A stretch of DNA of 64,000 nt, taken from contig CAVXEP010000022.1 of assembly GCA_963760795.1 (NCBI GenBank), positions 160,001 to 224,000 on the forward strand, given 5' to 3'. Of the stretch, positions 53,499 through 63,686 are shown piece by piece. Source of the stretch: an uncultured delta proteobacterium. GTDB taxonomy: Bacteria > Desulfobacterota > Binatia > UBA9968. The position numbers were made by a program, and so were the translations under genes. Each line of letters opens with the position of its first letter. Within the stretch, counting starts at the first letter, position 1. Below the pieces are notes generated by a model. That model was not told where the DNA came from, searched no databases, and saw only the letters and a program-made list of their open reading frames with translations.

Positions 53499-53720
53499 CT
53501 AGCGCGGAAGCACGTTGAAAGCCACGGCCATGCGAATCGAATAGTTGTGATGGCGATCGCCGTTGCGATCAGCAAAATGTCCTTGTCGCTGAGACCCGCA
53601 GCGCGCAGCTCTTCAACATCCTTCTTGCGCACCGCGGCTTCGCTGCGCGCGGATCTTTTTGTAGGCTTCTTTGAGTTCGCCCTTGCCTTCACCTTCCGGA
53701 ACGCCTTTGATCCACGGCAT
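53499..53720 (-). pseudogene. AhpD/peroxidase-related gene remnant with large internal deletion
   Basis: N-terminus MPWIKGVPEGEGKGELKEAYKKIRAQR abuts C-terminal DVEELRAAGLSDKDIL...HNYSIRMAVAF in a shifted frame; no CxxC core. Confidence 0.6.
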
Positions 53721-53750
53721 GTATATTTTCCTGATTTGATAACCGGACAA

Positions 53751-54125
53751 TCAATGTTTGGATTGACTGCCCGTCGTCGTGACCGTGATATGCGACAGCG
53801 GCGAGTCCGCCGACGCGCCGTGCCAATGGCGCTCGCCGGATTTAATATGCACGATATCGCCGACGGTGATTTCGCGCTGTTCAGTTTCCGTCGCCGCGAA
53901 ACCTTTGCCCGCCGTGACGACGAGAATCTGATCGCAGTCGTGCACATGCCAGCCGGTAGTCGCGCCGACGCGGAAGTTGACCACGTTGCAGCGGAAATTG
54001 TCCGACTGCCCGTCGCCGATGACCGCCTGCCGCGTCCGGCTCACCGCCCCGCCGGTCCAACCGGCAATCGGCGTCGCCGTGTCCATGGGAGTTTCCTTCA
54101 GATCGTTAATTTTAAGTACACGCAT
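53751..54125 (-). CDS. monocupin protein
   Basis: WHVHDCDQILVVTAGKG, GERHWHGA. Confidence 0.88.
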   Translation of the reverse strand: MRVLKINDLKETPMDTATPIAGWTGGAVSRTRQAVIGDGQSDNFRCNVVNFRVGATTGWHVHDCDQILVVTAGKGFAATETEQREITVGDIVHIKSGERHWHGASADSPLSHITVTTTGSQSKH

Positions 54126-54166
54126 TGTCGACCTCCTCAGTTAGCCGTCGATGATTTCGAGTTCTC

Positions 54167-54189
54167 GTAGGAGCGTATTGCATACGCTC
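54167..54189 (+). repeat. GTAG-type REP
   Basis: GTAG-GAGCGTAT-TGC-ATACGCTC hairpin. Confidence 0.6.
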
Positions 54190-54345
54190 TTCTTCGCACC
54201 GCCACAACTACACCGGTCGCGCCAAAGGGGTCAAGGGCATTGCCACGTGAATCATGGTTCGAGATCGTGTTCGGTGAAGATTGGCTGTCCCGGTTGACAC
54301 ATTCCATTGCCGGCGGTTATAGCAATCCCAACTATGAGGCAAATC

Positions 54346-55311
54346 ATGCGTCCATCCATTCTTGCTATTTCGATTTCTCTTATCGTCTTACTCGGCATCG
54401 TTCCCGTAAACCACGCCGCCGAGAAAATCCGCATGTCGGTCTCCGGCAGTTACAACATGATCTTTCTCGCCGCCGGCGTGGCGCAACACAAGGGCTTCTT
54501 CAAAGACGAAGGATTGGACGCCGACATCGTCGTCATGACCGCCCCGGCGTCGATCGCCGCGCTGTCGAATGGCGACATCGACTACACGCTGCTCACCGGT
54601 TCGGTGATTCGCGCCGCCATTCGCGGCCTGCCCCTGCGAATTGTCGCCGGCTTGATGAGCAGCTCCGCCCATGTTTTCCTCGCGCGCCCTGAAATCAAAA
54701 CGATCAAAGAGCTTTCAGGCAAACGAATCGGCCTGGCCGGCTTCGGCGACGCGACTCATGTGCTGGCGCGAATGATTCTCGCAAAGCACGGCATCGACCC
54801 AGATAAAGACGTTCAGTTCATCGGACTCGGCTCAGACTCCGGCCGATTCACCGCCTTACAACAAAATCTCGCCGACATGGTCGTCACCTCGCCGCCGTGG
54901 GATTTCGAAGGGAAAAAACTCGGCTACAACATCCTTACCCGCGCCTACGAGCATGTGAACTATCCCCTCGCCGGCGTCGGCGTAAATCAAAAGTCGCTGC
55001 AAACGAATCGTGTCCAAGTAAAGCGGGTGATCAAATCCTTAGTCCGAGCCAACCGTTTCATGCGCGACAATCGCGAGGAGTCGGTGAAAATCTTGATCAC
55101 CTGGGGCAAAGGCAAACCCGAGCACGCCTACGCCGCCTACGACTCCACAGTGAAAATCATCAGCCCCGACGGCGGTATACCGGATGACGGACTGAAAATA
55201 TTGATCGATCAAGCCAAGCGCGATGTGAAAGTCACGCGCGACGTGGCGCTCAGTGAGATTACCGACTTTAGTATCTTGCGAGAAGTGCAGAAGGAGTTAG
55301 GGTTGCGCTAA
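54346..55311 (+). CDS. ABC substrate-binding protein, NitT/TauT family
   Basis: Signal peptide, KGFFKDEGLD, LREVQKELGL; TTGACA-N18-TATAGC upstream. Confidence 0.88.
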   Translation: MRPSILAISISLIVLLGIVPVNHAAEKIRMSVSGSYNMIFLAAGVAQHKGFFKDEGLDADIVVMTAPASIAALSNGDIDYTLLTGSVIRAAIRGLPLRIVAGLMSSSAHVFLARPEIKTIKELSGKRIGLAGFGDATHVLARMILAKHGIDPDKDVQFIGLGSDSGRFTALQQNLADMVVTSPPWDFEGKKLGYNILTRAYEHVNYPLAGVGVNQKSLQTNRVQVKRVIKSLVRANRFMRDNREESVKILITWGKGKPEHAYAAYDSTVKIISPDGGIPDDGLKILIDQAKRDVKVTRDVALSEITDFSILREVQKELGLR

Positions 55312-55357
55312 TTGTATGATTGGATAGGCCAGGCAAGTCCCCAGCGCAAACCCTGAC

Positions 55358-57271
55358 ATGATCACCCATCCCATCCGCGTCCTTTCGGTCATCCCGCCGA
55401 TGACGCAGCTCAATACGCCCTATCCTTCGACGGCTTATCTTACTGGCTTTCTGCGCTCACGCCGCATCGATGCGGTGCAAGAAGATCTAGCGCTGACCCT
55501 GGTGCTAAAACTGTTTTCCGCCGAGGGACTATTAGCGATCCATGAATGCACCGAAGCGATCTCGAAACGCAAGCGTTCGGCGATCGTCAATGGATTTCAC
55601 CGGCAGTTCGACCGCTATCTCTCGACGATCACACCAGCCATTGCGTTCTTGCAGGGACGCGACCCGACGCTGGCGCATCGCATCTGCGGGCGGCAGTTTC
55701 TTCCCGAAGGGCCGCGCTTCAAACCCATCGACTTTTATCTCCAAGACGGCAATGACGATCCGCTGGCTTGGGCGTTCGGCGCACTCGGAATCGAGGACCG
55801 CGCCAAACATTTGGCCACCCTATACTTGGACGACATCGCCGATGTATTGCGCGACGCGGTCGATCCGCGTTTTGAGTTTGTCCGTTACGCCGAATCGCTG
55901 GCGCAAAGCCAACCGACATTCGAGCCGCTCGCCGAAGCATTGACAGCGCCGCTGAATCTCGTCGATCGGACTTTGCATGATCTGACGCTGGCGGCGCTCG
56001 CACGCCACTCACCGAAACTGGTCCTACTCTCGGTGCCGTTCCCAGGATCGGTCTATGCTGCGTTTCGCATCGCCCAGACGATCAAGGCGCACGACTCATC
56101 GATCATCACCGCGCTGGGCGGCGGCTATGTAAACACCGAGCTGCGCGAACTGAGCGAACCGCGAGTGTTCGATTATTTCGACTACGTCACGTTAGATGAC
56201 GGCGAGCAGCCGCTCTTAGCATTACTCGATCACCTGCGCGGCGAGCGACCGGAAAATCGCTTGGTACGCACGTTCGTGCGCTTTGCCGACAAATCCACCG
56301 TTCACTTCATCGACAGTCATGAGCCAGACATCCCCTTCGCCGATGTCGGCACACCAACTTGGGACGGACTGCCGCTGCACGGCTATTTGTCGCTCCTCGA
56401 CATGCTCAACCCGATGCATCGGCTTTGGTCCGACGGTCGTTGGAACAAACTCACAGTTGCCCATGGTTGTTACTGGAAGAAGTGCAGCTTCTGCGACGTG
56501 AGCCTGGACTATATCTCGCGCTACGACGACATCGCCGCCGCGACCCTGGCCGACCGTATCGAGACGATCATCGCCGAGACCACGCAGACGGGGTTTCATT
56601 TCGTCGACGAAGCCGCGCCGCCCAAGGCATTGAAGGCGCTCGCCGCTGAGATCAAGAAGCGTAAGCTGGCGATTTCATGGTGGACCAATATTCGTTTTGA
56701 AAAGTCATTCAACCGCGAGCTTTGCCAAGAACTCGCCGACAGCGGCTGCATCGCGATCTCCGGCGGGCTCGAGGTCGCTTCCGACCGCCTGCTCAATCTG
56801 ATGAAAAAAGGCGTCACGGTCGAACAGGTCGCCCGAGTGACGCGAGCGTTCTCCGACGCCGGCATTTTGGTCCACGCCTATTTGATGTACGGCTTCCCGA
56901 CGCAGACAGTGCAAGACACGGTCGACGCGTTAGAATATGTCCGGCAATTGTTCGAAGCCGGCTGCATTCAGTCGGGCTTCTTCCACCGCTTCACCTGCAC
57001 GGTGCACTCTCCGGTCGGCAAACACCCCGAACAGTACGGCGTCACGCTCCTGCCTTTGCCGAAGATTTCATTCGCGACGAACGACGTCGGCTTCATCGAC
57101 CCCACCGGCGTCGACCACGACGCTCTCGGCACCGCGCTCAACAAAGCGCTCTACAACTACATGCACGGCATCCGCCTCGACGCCGACGTGCGCAGCTGGT
57201 TTTCCGGCCGAGTGCCGCGCACCAAAGTGCCGCGCGGGTATGTAGCACGAGCACTGGACGCAGTTCGTTAG
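55358..57271 (+). CDS. B12-binding-domain radical SAM protein
   Basis: CYWKKCSFC (CxxxCxxC), ALGGGY, FHFVDEAAPP, GLEVASDRLL. Confidence 0.88.
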   Translation: MITHPIRVLSVIPPMTQLNTPYPSTAYLTGFLRSRRIDAVQEDLALTLVLKLFSAEGLLAIHECTEAISKRKRSAIVNGFHRQFDRYLSTITPAIAFLQGRDPTLAHRICGRQFLPEGPRFKPIDFYLQDGNDDPLAWAFGALGIEDRAKHLATLYLDDIADVLRDAVDPRFEFVRYAESLAQSQPTFEPLAEALTAPLNLVDRTLHDLTLAALARHSPKLVLLSVPFPGSVYAAFRIAQTIKAHDSSIITALGGGYVNTELRELSEPRVFDYFDYVTLDDGEQPLLALLDHLRGERPENRLVRTFVRFADKSTVHFIDSHEPDIPFADVGTPTWDGLPLHGYLSLLDMLNPMHRLWSDGRWNKLTVAHGCYWKKCSFCDVSLDYISRYDDIAAATLADRIETIIAETTQTGFHFVDEAAPPKALKALAAEIKKRKLAISWWTNIRFEKSFNRELCQELADSGCIAISGGLEVASDRLLNLMKKGVTVEQVARVTRAFSDAGILVHAYLMYGFPTQTVQDTVDALEYVRQLFEAGCIQSGFFHRFTCTVHSPVGKHPEQYGVTLLPLPKISFATNDVGFIDPTGVDHDALGTALNKALYNYMHGIRLDADVRSWFSGRVPRTKVPRGYVARALDAVR

Positions 57272-57441
57272 CGTTGTCTGTCTGGACGTTCGAATGCAAA
57301 AATCATTAGCGAGATCGAGCTTGCGGAGGCGCTCGAATCGTTGAGAAAGTAAGAGTTGGAAACAGTCAATCTGAATGTTTGCTAAATGAAATAGCTATTT
57401 TTGAATCGTTCGTTTCTGAAGCCTCGTGGGAGCCCGTAGTT

Positions 57442-58020
57442 ATGCCTCGTCTTGAGTTTTGGTTTGAGTTCGCCAGCACCTATTCGTACCCGGCCGCCAT
57501 GCGTGTCGAGAAACTCGCTCATGCGGCCGGAGTAGCAGTTCATTGGAATGTGTTTTTGCTCGGTCCGATTTTTCGCGAGCAAGGCTGGAAGGACTCTCCC
57601 TTCAACATATTCCCGGCAAAAGGAAAATACATGTGGCGAGACTTACAGCGTACTTGTGCAGCTCTCTCTATTCCTTTCGTGCACCCATCAAAGTTTCCCC
57701 GCAACGGCGTGCTGGCTTCACGGGTGGCTTGCCAGTTTGCTTCCGAACCCTGGATAACCGAGTTCACTAAGGCGGTCTTTCACGCCAACTTCGCCGAAGA
57801 TCGAGACATTGCCGATGCTCGAGTAGTCGATCGCCTGTCTTAATGGCCTCGGTCTCGACGGTCAGCGCGTCCTTGCGCAAGCACAAACTGCGGACGAGTA
57901 ATGCGATGCTTCGCTCGCAGACCGAGAAGGCCAAGAGTCTCGGAATTATTTGGCGCTCCGTCTTTCTTGGTCGGAAGGGAAATGTTTTGGGGAAACGATC
58001 GTTTAGAAGAGTGCACTTGA
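57442..58020 (+). CDS. DsbA-family 2-hydroxychromene-2-carboxylate isomerase-like protein (at least 3 frameshifts; end approximate)
   Basis: FWFEFASTYSY, YMWRDLQR; downstream frames give GAPSFLVG..FWGNDRLE. Confidence 0.75.
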
Positions 58021-58211
58021 TGTGGGCGAGACTGACATTCTTAGCTGTGAGGCACTCCGGTACAAGGTCAACCGGCTACGCGCCGAAACTATCCTACAAA
58101 CATCGACCAATTAGCTGAGTCGAGATTCAGCACCATCACACCTTTGTCGGAACCAAGCTAAAGCTCATTCGATACTAGCTCTCAGCAAGAGGTATTGCTG
58201 AAGTACTCAGC

Positions 58212-58980
58212 TCAATTCGCCCATCCGCTCTCCGACACCACCACCCGATTCCCTTCCGGATCGTTGAACTGAATCTGCCCTTCGGCGCCATCCGATACCG
58301 CCACACCGCCATCCTGCAAACGTTTCTTGACGACCGCCAAGATCGCCGACCTGAATGCCGAAATATTGCACGCCGCCCTTCGGACGCACTTGCGACTTCG
58401 TCAACATCAGCGTCAGCGTGCCGTCGCTCAAGCGAATCGTCCCGTCATCACTCCATCCCGCGATCTCCAGACCGAACTGCTGTTGGTAAAACTCACAGGC
58501 CGCGGCCAAATCGGGCACCTGCACGGCGAGCAGACGAACGCCGGGAAGCTTCTTTTCTTCCCTGCCGAGATAACCGCGCGACGACAGATCGACGTTGTTG
58601 CCCCAAGGATCGATGAAACGGACTTCAGCAGGCCGCGCCGCTTCCGGGCCCGAAACGCCGGCGGAAATCTGTGGATTGGCGCCATGCGTTAATCCAGGTG
58701 GTAGCTTAGCCACGGCCTGGCCCAAGTCATCCACCATGAAACCGTAATGGTGAATCCCCACCGTCAGCTCCGCCTCGCTGCCGTCGGCTCGGTGCGTCCC
58801 GGAGATCGCCGCCGACACCGCCGCCTGCTGCAAGAAGGCGAGATTGAACAGCGGATCGATCACCATGCGCGAGCCGCTGGGGAAGACTTTGCATTCCTCG
58901 AAGCCGAAATATTTCTGGTAAAAATCGCTGAGCACTTTTGGCTGCTGTGAAATAAACGCGATATGTCTGAGCTTGCCCAT
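58212..58980 (-). CDS. two-domain VOC family protein (frameshift ~58335)
   Basis: LRHIAF, IHHYGF, DPWGNNVDLS; corrected end DPEGNRVVVSESGWAN*. Confidence 0.8.
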
Positions 58981-59073
58981 GTTAACCTCCGAGATTGTTA
59001 AATCGTTTATATTTCCGGAATGAATGGTCTCTCAGGTGAATCCGATTCCTTTAAATTTGTCGGGCCCGACCGG

Positions 59074-59100
59074 AGGGCAGACACATGGGTCTGCCCCTAC
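59074..59100 (-). repeat. GTAG-type REP
   Basis: Minus strand GTAGGGGCAGACCCATGTGTCTGCCCT. Confidence 0.7.
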
Positions 59101-59161
59101 ATTGGCTACACCGTCCGAATCGTATCGTATCCCTTCCCTCATAGAAACATCGTGCGCCCTA

Positions 59162-60223
59162 CTATCGAATCCTCGCCGCCACCTGTTCCATGAACCGGCA
59201 CATTGACGCGCGCGCTTGTTGGTCGCTTAGTCCGCCCAATGCGAAGTTGCCAGCCAGGTCGGTTAAATAGAGCCGCTCACGGACGTATTCTACTTTTTCA
59301 CGAACTTCTTGTGCGTTGCCAACCAGGACGCGGTTTTGATCCACTAATTCATCGAACGTCAGCCGCTTCATCGCCGCCCGATGTTTATCGTGACTGCGAT
59401 ATGACTCGGGATCGGCCATCCCGGGCGTCAAACTGTGCGCCGCCTGCGCCGCCGAGTGATATTCATGCAACCCATGCGCAGCCGCCGCGCGCGCCTCAGC
59501 TGTGTTCTCGCCAACATAGGCGTGATACACGCCGAGTACCCGCGCGCTCGCCGGATCATGTCCCGCCGCGCGTCGCGCGTTGAAATAGGTCTGCATCTTC
59601 TCGCGCAGCTCCTCTATCTCGTTCAAAAACGGGATCAACATCATGTGGAAGCCTTGAGCGCCCGAGTATTCGAAAGACTCCACCGAAGTGGTCGCCGCCA
59701 TCCACACCGTCGGATACGGCTCCTGCACCGGGCGCGGCAGCACTTCGACGCCGTGATATTCGTGAAAGCGCCCTTTGTGTTCGAGCTTCCCGTCGCGCCA
59801 CGCCTTGAGAATCACGTCGAGATTTTCCTTGAAACGATCGCGCAATTCGTCGAGCGGAATGCCGAAGGTCAGCGCTTCCCACTTGACAAAGCCATGGCCG
59901 ACGCCGAATTCCACCCGGCCGTTGCTCAAGCAATCGAGGGTCGCGTAATCTTCCGCGACACGCAGCGGATTGTGATAGGGCAACAGCAATACCGCGGTGC
60001 CGATGCGCATCTTTTCCGTCCGCTGCGCGATCGCCGCGCCGATCACGGGCGGCGCGGAAAAAATACCGGCAAACGGATGAAAGTGATGCTCGGCGAGCCA
60101 GACGGATTCAAAACCGATTTTTTCGCCGTAGGCTACTTGCTCGATGACCGTGCGAAAGCGCTCGGCGCCTTCGGCGCGCGTTGCCGGAAGCGACGACGGT
60201 AAATAGAAGAGTCCGTAACCCAT
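59162..60223 (-). CDS. luciferase-like (LLM class) flavin-dependent oxidoreductase
   Basis: VWLAEHHF, RIGTAVLLLP, NPLRVAEDYATLD, GRVEFGVG. Confidence 0.9.
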   Translation of the reverse strand: MGYGLFYLPSSLPATRAEGAERFRTVIEQVAYGEKIGFESVWLAEHHFHPFAGIFSAPPVIGAAIAQRTEKMRIGTAVLLLPYHNPLRVAEDYATLDCLSNGRVEFGVGHGFVKWEALTFGIPLDELRDRFKENLDVILKAWRDGKLEHKGRFHEYHGVEVLPRPVQEPYPTVWMAATTSVESFEYSGAQGFHMMLIPFLNEIEELREKMQTYFNARRAAGHDPASARVLGVYHAYVGENTAEARAAAAHGLHEYHSAAQAAHSLTPGMADPESYRSHDKHRAAMKRLTFDELVDQNRVLVGNAQEVREKVEYVRERLYLTDLAGNFALGGLSDQQARASMCRFMEQVAARIR

Positions 60224-60372
60224 GGCCGGACCATATGCCAGGGCGGCGGAATTGACAAGTTTTTTAGCGAGATGTGAGGGCACACCCTGCCGGCAATCTT
60301 TCCCTCGACTTTCGTATCTTCGTGGGATAATGGGGTTGTCAAAACTCATTCGGCGAAAGAAGAATTGCGCTT

Positions 60373-62085
60373 ATGTTTACCACCCAGTGGGCCACTTCGG
60401 AACGAAAGTACGATGTCGTCGTCGAACGCGACGTTAAAGTTCCCATGCCCGATGGCACATTGCTCGACGGCGATATTTATCGCCCCGCGTCGGAGGAAAG
60501 ATTTCCTGTGCTTCTCGGCGCGCACGGCTACAACAAGGATCTTCAGTCTCCGCCCATGCGTCCGGTGGGCTTCACGCCGATGCGCGGTTACATGGAAAGC
60601 GGCGATTCGACTTTTTTCGCCCGCCGCGGTTACGTTCACGCGGTTTTCAACTCCCGCGGCACCGGCAAGTCCACGGGTTTCTACCAACTCATGGGGCCAT
60701 TGGAAGTCGAGGATGGCGGCCATCTCATCGACTGGTTGTCGGCGCAACCGTGGAGCAACGGCGCGGTTGGCATGGTCGGCGTGTCCTACTACGCGCGGCT
60801 GGCCAAAGCGGTGGCCGCCACGGGACCGAAATCGCTAAAGGCGATTTTCTCGCCATTCGCCGGCACCGACGACTATCGCCATCGCTGTTACCACGGCGGG
60901 ATTCTCGCCCATGGCTTCATAACGCATTGGCGCAACAGCTTGCACAGGCCCAACTATCGGAGCCTCTATAAAGAACAGCATGGCGAAGCTGCGTACCAAG
61001 AAGCCATCGCTCAGGCGCTGCGCGACGATGAAATTGTCGCGGTGCCGGCACTGCGCGAAGCGCTGCAAAATCCCGGCGCGGGCACCAATGCGCTGATCGT
61101 CGACATGCTGCTTCATCCATTCGACGGCCCGTTCTGGCGCGAGCGCAGCGCTAATGATTCCAATGGAAAAATTCCCGCGTACCTCGGCGCTTGCTGGGGC
61201 AACTACGGACTGCATTTGCCGGGCGCTTTCACGGCGTGGCGTGAGTGGCAAGGTCCGAAGAAGATGGTCATCGGGCCGCCGGTCTATCTCGACCGTCCGG
61301 TGTATCAGTATCAAGATGAGGCGCTGCGCTGGTTCGATCACTGGCTCAAGGGCATCGACAACGGCATCATGAATGAGCCGCCGATCCGCTGCTTCATTCC
61401 GCCCACCGGCGAGTGGAAAAATCTAAGTGATTGGCCGCCTGCCGAAGCGCGCTGGACGACATTCTATCTGCATAAAGAGGGCATCTTGAGCGAGCACGAG
61501 CTGTGGCCCGCTGAAGGATCAGATTCTTTCGACGAATCGAGCTTCGAGCATGGCGCTGTCACCTACACAACGCCGCCGCTGGTGGAAAATACCGAAGTGC
61601 TCGGTCCGAGCGTTGTGACGCTGTACGTTTCCGTTACCGATGGCGATGCGCTGTTGTTCGCGACGCTGCTCTTGATCGACAAGGAAGGCCAAGAGCATGA
61701 GCTCACGCGCGGTTGGCTGCGCGCGTCGCAACGGCGATTGCGCGCGGACAGTAAACCGTGGGAACCGATGCAGGCGCATGAATCGAGGGAGGCGCTGGAG
61801 CCGGGGAAAATCTACCAGTTGCAATTCACCATCGTCGCCACGGCGCGTTTGTTCCAGGCCGGCGAGCGCATCGCGTTGCGCATCAAGGGCTCGGATGACG
61901 AACCGGCGGTAAACTCGTTGCAAGCGCTGGCGCGCAATCATTTACGCCGGCCGCGGCCGCTGCGCATCACGGTCCACCACGACGAGTCGCACCCGTCGCA
62001 TCTCGATCTGCCGATCACACGCGGCAATATCATCGGAACGTTTTTCTCGGGCGGAGACATCAGCTCCTTTGGGCTGTCGCACTGA
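60373..62085 (+). CDS. CocE/NonD family serine hydrolase
   Basis: VPMPDG..DIYRP, RGTGKSTG, QPWSNG.VGMVGVSYY, RWFDHWLKG. Confidence 0.9.
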   Translation: MFTTQWATSERKYDVVVERDVKVPMPDGTLLDGDIYRPASEERFPVLLGAHGYNKDLQSPPMRPVGFTPMRGYMESGDSTFFARRGYVHAVFNSRGTGKSTGFYQLMGPLEVEDGGHLIDWLSAQPWSNGAVGMVGVSYYARLAKAVAATGPKSLKAIFSPFAGTDDYRHRCYHGGILAHGFITHWRNSLHRPNYRSLYKEQHGEAAYQEAIAQALRDDEIVAVPALREALQNPGAGTNALIVDMLLHPFDGPFWRERSANDSNGKIPAYLGACWGNYGLHLPGAFTAWREWQGPKKMVIGPPVYLDRPVYQYQDEALRWFDHWLKGIDNGIMNEPPIRCFIPPTGEWKNLSDWPPAEARWTTFYLHKEGILSEHELWPAEGSDSFDESSFEHGAVTYTTPPLVENTEVLGPSVVTLYVSVTDGDALLFATLLLIDKEGQEHELTRGWLRASQRRLRADSKPWEPMQAHESREALEPGKIYQLQFTIVATARLFQAGERIALRIKGSDDEPAVNSLQALARNHLRRPRPLRITVHHDESHPSHLDLPITRGNIIGTFFSGGDISSFGLSH

Positions 62086-62365
62086 ACTTCGTCGCGCTCC
62101 ACGCCAAGCGATGTAAATTCGTCGACTCGAAGTCTATTTCATTGCCTTGTTTCCGGCGGAAGGCGGAAACCAGGTTGCTTCGGTTGGGGTGAGTCAATCG
62201 ACGTGAAAATATAAAAAGATTGGCTGCCGGCCGGCGCCGGCATGACGAATCCTGATTTCGACTTAGTGCAAGAGATTTCAACCAACCCAAAGCGAGACAC
62301 TAAGCTTTTTAACCCTTCTCCGCGCTATCGGCGTGCAGCGCTGGCAATCGTAGAGTTCAACTCGC

Positions 62366-63385
62366 TCAGAGCTTGAGCAGCTTCCTGGCATTGCCCTCGA
62401 GAATCAATTGCTTGTCTGTTTCGCTGCAAGGCAATCCCTCGACCTTGTCGACACCGTGCCAGTCGCCGAGCGCGTATGGAAAGTCGGTGCCGAGCAGCAA
62501 ACGTTCCGCGCCGACTTTGTTTCTGAGAAAATCGAGGGTTTCCACGTCATAGACTAGCGTGTCGAAGTAGAGATTTTTGAAATACGCGCTCGGCTTCGCC
62601 AAACAAGTTGGCGCAGCAGGCCGACCGGTGCGCCGAGTTGCCCGTTGTCCCGTGGTGAACTCCTGGTCGAAACGGCTCGCATGATACGGAAAAAATCCGC
62701 CACCGTGGCAGGTGCAAAGCTTTAGATTGGGAAATCTATCGAACACTCCGCTGTAAATGAGCAGTCCGAGGGAAAGCGTCGTATCGGCTGGATTGCCGCA
62801 AACCAGACGCAGACCGAAAGAGCTCATCAGCTCCGTGCCCGCGGGATTGTCCGGATGCATGAAGACCAGCACATCTAACTCCTGCGCTTTTGCCCAAAAC
62901 GGATCGAATTCATCGCTGTCGTAGTAGCGATGGTTAACATTGGTCGCGATGTAGGCGCCGCGAAAGTCGAGCTCGGTAACCGCGTGCTCCAACACTCGCG
63001 CCGCGCGCGCCGGTTCTTGAATCGGCACCGCGGCCATTGCGGTAAACCGCTCGGGATATTTCCTGAGAAACTCTTTGACGCATTCATTGTAGACGCGGCA
63101 CCAGCTCTCCGCCTGTTCGCCTTTGAGGTCGTAGCCGAGGAACTGCGTGCTCGGATCGAGGGCCGCGATCGCGATCTTGCCGTCCGTCATCATCTGCAAA
63201 CGCCGATCAACATCCGTCAAACCATCGAGCAGCGGAAAGCTTGGCCCGCCGGCGAAGGAAACTCGGATGGTTCCATCCTTTGCTTCGGCCACTTCGACGC
63301 CAAGCGCTTGACTATGCCGCTTCGCCTCGCCGATCACTTCGCCGGGAACGTAGTGATGATGAATATCGACAGCGCCTGCTTGCAT
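62366..63385 (-). CDS. amidohydrolase-2 (ACMSD-like decarboxylase/hydratase)
   Basis: DIHHH, FMHP, CHGGG, YFDT, GTDFPY, GNARKLL. Confidence 0.9.
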   Translation of the reverse strand: MQAGAVDIHHHYVPGEVIGEAKRHSQALGVEVAEAKDGTIRVSFAGGPSFPLLDGLTDVDRRLQMMTDGKIAIAALDPSTQFLGYDLKGEQAESWCRVYNECVKEFLRKYPERFTAMAAVPIQEPARAARVLEHAVTELDFRGAYIATNVNHRYYDSDEFDPFWAKAQELDVLVFMHPDNPAGTELMSSFGLRLVCGNPADTTLSLGLLIYSGVFDRFPNLKLCTCHGGGFFPYHASRFDQEFTTGQRATRRTGRPAAPTCLAKPSAYFKNLYFDTLVYDVETLDFLRNKVGAERLLLGTDFPYALGDWHGVDKVEGLPCSETDKQLILEGNARKLLKL

Positions 63386-63509
63386 GTGTCTTCTCCTTCA
63401 GTGCGCGCAGAACTCGACCCATGGCAACAACTCCTCCAGTTGTCCCAGACGGGACTCTATGTCAGCTGGTACCCGCCGGCAACCGTTCGCCATGCGCTGG
63501 CGAGCCCGA

Positions 63510-63650
63510 TTTGACTCAACTCTCAGCGAATTCACTGCCCGCGATAATCCCGAAATCAAAAAGGTGAAAACCGAGGGCCTTCTCGATGCTATTATCGTGG
63601 TAGAATTGGATGACAGCGGCTTTGTGAAAAGTCTAGGGCCTAAAATAACT
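63510..63650 (+). pseudogene. remnant of the C-terminus of a NitT/TauT substrate-binding gene
   Basis: TLSEFTARDNPEIKKVKTEGLLDAIIVVELDDSGFVKSL resembles the C-termini of intact SBPs here (e.g. RPEARKMNVDELIDNRFVKEFDDNGFIKAL). Confidence 0.5.
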
Positions 63651-63686
63651 GCGAAGGTACGGCAACGCGCCTTTTGAACGTAACTC

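Noticed and set aside
53600-53625. In-frame TGT-TGA in the AhpD remnant as selenocysteine
   Set aside because: The homologous sequence (DVEELRAAGLSD) is in another frame, so this TGA is a frameshift by-product
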